Shown here: positions 54,471-56,971 of the stretch, one piece after another
How positions within the stretch are numbered: the first letter of the stretch is position 1
Layout: each line of letters begins with the position of its first letter
IMG/VR virus record: IMGVR_UViG_3300044630_000901
Span: 1-56,971 of that record
Origin: a virus
Taxonomy: Duplodnaviria; Caudoviricetes
Strand: one strand, 5' to 3'
Length of the DNA: 56,971 nt
Made by a program: the position numbers and the translations under genes
The notes under the pieces: model-generated
Told to the model about the DNA's origin: nothing
Database searches by the model: none
Seen by the model: only the letters and a program-made list of their open reading frames with translations

Positions 54471-54694
54471 GTGCCCTCCAGTTTCTCCACCACGTAGTGG
54501 GTGAGGATGAAGTTCTTGGCGTCTTCGAGGTTGTCGAACTTCTTGTTCTCTGTGTGTATGCTGTTGATGCAAGCAATGAACTCGTTTGTAGCCATGGTGC
54601 ATCTGACGTAACCCAGTAGTTTCTCGTCGTCATCCAGCAGGTCATGCCATGTGTACTGTTTGTGAGCGCCTTCGTATGTGTCATCCCATTTCAT
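54467..54694 (-). CDS. Hypothetical protein ('F...EAKAY' family)
   Basis: MKWDDTY...KFDNLEDAKNFI...VVEKLEGT. Confidence 0.65.
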   Translation of the reverse strand: MKWDDTYEGAHKQYTWHDLLDDDEKLLGYVRCTMATNEFIACINSIHTENKKFDNLEDAKNFILTHYVVEKLEGT

Positions 54695-55013
54695 CGTCAC
54701 CCTCCAGTCTCTTGGCGACATATGCGGCTAGTGCCTCCTTGGTGTTGGGTATGAAGATCATCCCAGCGAACTCCCTGTCGGCGTCGCACAGGCCATTGAA
54801 CTTGCTTGCATTAGAGTTGAGGCAGTTATTACCATCGAACGAACAGCCATCGCATACGCCTACCCTGAGCCAAGGCACAGGCTTGTACCATTGGTCATTG
54901 ACTCGTATCTTTGATCTCATCCCGGCCTCCATACAATCATGTCTAGTAGAAGAATGGCGAACCCGATCAGGTACGCCGCTATCAATGCAATCAGTCTTGG
55001 TTTCATATCCCAT
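54681..55013 (-). CDS. Cys-rich hypothetical protein
   Basis: 'CDGCSF...C...C...GMIF'; start uncertain. Confidence 0.6.
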   Translation of the reverse strand: MGYETKTDCIDSGVPDRVRHSSTRHDCMEAGMRSKIRVNDQWYKPVPWLRVGVCDGCSFDGNNCLNSNASKFNGLCDADREFAGMIFIPNTKEALAAYVAKRLEGDDEMG

Positions 55014-55221
55014 CCAGTTTGATTAGTACAGCCAGCATGTTGGCCGACTCGTTGCTTGGTTTCCATACGATGCGGGAGTTACCACAGCCAGTTGGCAGCA
55101 TGTCGCATATGGATGTTTTGAGGCCGCCTATACAGAGGTCGCAACCTTCACCTCTGTCGTCGTCGGCTATGAACTCCAGCATCTGCGTCTTGAACGTGTC
55201 GCCGGGTTGATACTCTTTCAC
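55003..55221 (-). CDS. Cys-rich hypothetical protein
   Basis: GTGA-coupled start; 'CDLC...C...C...IVW'. Confidence 0.6.
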   Translation of the reverse strand: MKEYQPGDTFKTQMLEFIADDDRGEGCDLCIGGLKTSICDMLPTGCGNSRIVWKPSNESANMLAVLIKLDGI

Positions 55222-55343
55222 AATTCCCCCCAGCCTGACTGCACGCGAGCGATGAGTGCTGAGAACGTGATACGCCTGAGTGTGCCGTACCCGTCGTCTT
55301 GCCATACTGAGGGGATGCTGCCTCGCTGTGCGTGTATGGTCAT
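55218..55343 (-). CDS. Small hypothetical protein
   Basis: MTIHAQRG...WQDDGYGTL; coupled overlaps. Confidence 0.5.
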   Translation of the reverse strand: MTIHAQRGSIPSVWQDDGYGTLRRITFSALIARVQSGWGEL

Positions 55344-55555
55344 GACAGTTTCTCCATGATCTTTATGCCCTTCTCCATGCCTTCGCGGTAGTTGTCGAAC
55401 CCGTTGGCCAGCATGGCTATATAGATGAACGCGTATGTCACCCACTGCATGACGTCTGGGTCTTTGGGCAACAGATGGTTTGTGGCTACGCCCATGACGA
55501 TGAGACAGGCTAGCTGTATCGGGCGGCTGAATGCGCGTTTGATGGTGTCTTTCAT
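55340..55555 (-). CDS. Small two-TM membrane protein
   Basis: Two hydrophobic segments. Confidence 0.6.
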   Translation of the reverse strand: MKDTIKRAFSRPIQLACLIVMGVATNHLLPKDPDVMQWVTYAFIYIAMLANGFDNYREGMEKGIKIMEKLS

Positions 55556-55893
55556 TTGTTACCCTCCAGTTTGTTTACTACCAAGTGCGCCCTGTACTCA
55601 GGGAATTTAGACGGTGCAACGAATATCGTGCCGTTGTCGCCGCAGTCATGGCGTTTGAATTCCGGGGTGCCGAGCCCATCACCTCGGCTGTCCTTCGCGT
55701 CGGCCATGAGTCTGCAGTGTTTGAAGTCATGGTCGTTTTCTTTGTCAGCCCTGTAGAACGCACAGCCTTCGTGTGGTGAGTGGGATGGGGGCTCCATCTC
55801 TGGGACGATCAGATACCAACGTCTGTGTATCTTCATGCGTGGGTAGTAGTCTGCGTCCAGCGTGGTGGGGTCGGGGGTTCGTGTCTTTGCCAT
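55552..55893 (-). CDS. Cys/His-rich hypothetical protein
   Basis: 'HEGCAF...C...C...GTIF'. Confidence 0.6.
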   Translation of the reverse strand: MAKTRTPDPTTLDADYYPRMKIHRRWYLIVPEMEPPSHSPHEGCAFYRADKENDHDFKHCRLMADAKDSRGDGLGTPEFKRHDCGDNGTIFVAPSKFPEYRAHLVVNKLEGNK

Positions 55894-55894
55894 G

Positions 55895-56140
55895 TCACAC
55901 CGCCTTGCCCAATACGTCACGGACATAGTCATACATGAGTTTGTATGCAACCTTTGACTGGCGCATCCTCATGTGGTGGTAGATAGCTTCCAAGCGAGCC
56001 TTGGCTTCATAGTCGTCCATCGGTGCGTTGGATGGGTTGCGTCCACGACGCTCCAACTCTTCCATCAGGTCGTCGGTGTCCAACTCGCTGAAGTCAACGT
56101 CCACGTCAACTGCTACGGTCACTGTGGTGTGTCTGCTCAT
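55895..56140 (-). CDS. Hypothetical protein
   Basis: 'VDVDVDFSELDTDDLMEELERRG'. Confidence 0.65.
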   Translation of the reverse strand: MSRHTTVTVAVDVDVDFSELDTDDLMEELERRGRNPSNAPMDDYEAKARLEAIYHHMRMRQSKVAYKLMYDYVRDVLGKAV

Positions 56141-56361
56141 GGCTGTCTCCATTCACGCTGGGTTGTGATGATGGTGTACCCCAAGGCGGCTATTCGCATC
56201 AGGGTCTGGTCGGTGAGCACTTTGGTGCCTGCAATGTCGGCGAATGTCTGTGCCGTGGCGCATACTGGATACGCAACCTGTTTGCCGTATTGGTCTTTGA
56301 GTTCGATGCGAATGGTGAGTGGTGAGGCTTTTGTGGGGATGGTGTATGAGGGTGTCGCCAT
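56137..56361 (-). CDS. Small phage early protein
   Basis: 'YG....YPVC..A..FA.IAGTK.LT......I..LGY'; GGAG SD. Confidence 0.7.
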   Translation of the reverse strand: MATPSYTIPTKASPLTIRIELKDQYGKQVAYPVCATAQTFADIAGTKVLTDQTLMRIAALGYTIITTQREWRQP

Positions 56362-56375
56362 GAGGTTCTCCATAT

Positions 56376-56637
56376 GTGTGTATACGCACGTTATCTTGAG
56401 AATCGTTCGGCCAAGTATTCCCGATATGCGAACTCGGGGTCGTCCATGTCCAGTGGACTGTGATCTGTGCTGGCCTCGAAAACATACGGTTCATCGATGG
56501 GGTCGTCCATGTGTGTATACACACGTTCAGTTGCGGGCAGGATGAAATAGTGTCGGGACATGATGACTCCTGTGATGTGTGTATACACACGTTTTGTTGA
56601 TTGGATGCGTGAGGCCATGAGGTGTGTATACACACCT
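56376..56637. repeat. Four copies of the GTGTGTATACACAC palindrome (56376-56389 with one mismatch, 56511-56524, 56577-56590, 56622-56635)
   Basis: Read directly; the last copy extends to the 18-bp palindrome AGGTGTGTATACACACCT (56620-56637). Confidence 0.9.
56391..56561 (-). CDS. First early gene, 56-aa acidic peptide
   Basis: AGGAG SD before ATG at 56561; contains one palindrome copy. Confidence 0.5.
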   Translation of the reverse strand: MSRHYFILPATERVYTHMDDPIDEPYVFEASTDHSPLDMDDPEFAYREYLAERFSR

Positions 56638-56971
56638 ATCCAAAAGTTGAGGGGGTAATTATCCAAAAGTTGAGGGGCTTGGATAATTAGGGGGCGGGCT
56701 GGAACCCGCATGGATACTGGCTTGGCGAGGGGGTATTAGGGTTTACCCTACTCGAATTATCCAAGTCTGAAAAAGGGGGTCAGGATTTTTAGGGGTCGTG
56801 ATTATTGCGCGGCGCTTCATGCGCTTTGCACGAACAACACACGCATCTACACGTGTACTCTAAAATCTTGGATAATTGTCTAATTGTCTAATTGCACGTC
56901 TAACCCATTGATTTTAAAGGAAAACCTAATTAGACAAGGGCAAAGACCCCTTGGATAGTTGTCTAATTGCA
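56637..56971. repeat. Iterated 10-mers TTGGATAATT/TTGTCTAATT in both orientations plus an 18-bp direct repeat; origin- or packaging-like region
   Basis: Copies at 56657, 56679, 56755, 56868, 56876, 56884, 56928, 56951 and 56959; TATCCAAAAGTTGAGGGG at 56637 and 56660. Confidence 0.8.
56901..56913 (-). promoter_or_regulatory. IHF consensus site
   Basis: The - strand reads AATCAATGGGTTA, an exact match to WATCAANNNNTTR. Confidence 0.5.

Noticed and set aside
56376-56637. Palindromic repeats as a CRISPR array
   Set aside because: Repeats are only 14 bp with irregular spacing (31-121 nt), and there is no cas operon; the Cas4-like nuclease sits in the replication module.

Overview
The window looks like a near-complete (~57 kb) genome of a tailed dsDNA bacteriophage with podovirus-type architecture, organised as two converging arms. 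The + strand (231-32013) carries a small ribbon-helix-helix regulator, terminase, portal, scaffold, major capsid protein, adaptors, two tail fibres, a lysis cassette (Rz/Rz1 spanins, GH19 endolysin), a tail nozzle, a GNAT protein and three putative ejection proteins. The last of these is a 2471-aa 'polyvalent' protein. The - strand (56561-32096) carries about 40 small early genes, a MoxR-like AAA ATPase, a metallopeptidase-vWA protein, two nucleotide pyrophosphatases and a replication module (family A DNA polymerase, PD-(D/E)XK nuclease, VRR-NUC, SNF2 helicase, primase-DUF927 helicase). I saw no integrase, tRNA, rRNA or CRISPR array. The most unusual signals are: (1) two well-formed genes with strong Shine-Dalgarno sites overprinted in the +1 frame inside the giant gene; (2) about 15 small early proteins from at least four paralogue families that end in a shared hydrophobic-helix-[KR]L motif and surround the AAA/vWA genes; (3) a 14-bp palindrome GTGTGTATACACAC repeated seven times at the two ends next to the RHH gene; (4) a 15-bp direct repeat (MKFG) bracketing the peptidase and ADP-ribosyltransferase-like cassette of the giant protein. 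All family calls come from reading motifs and synteny by eye; no database search was run.
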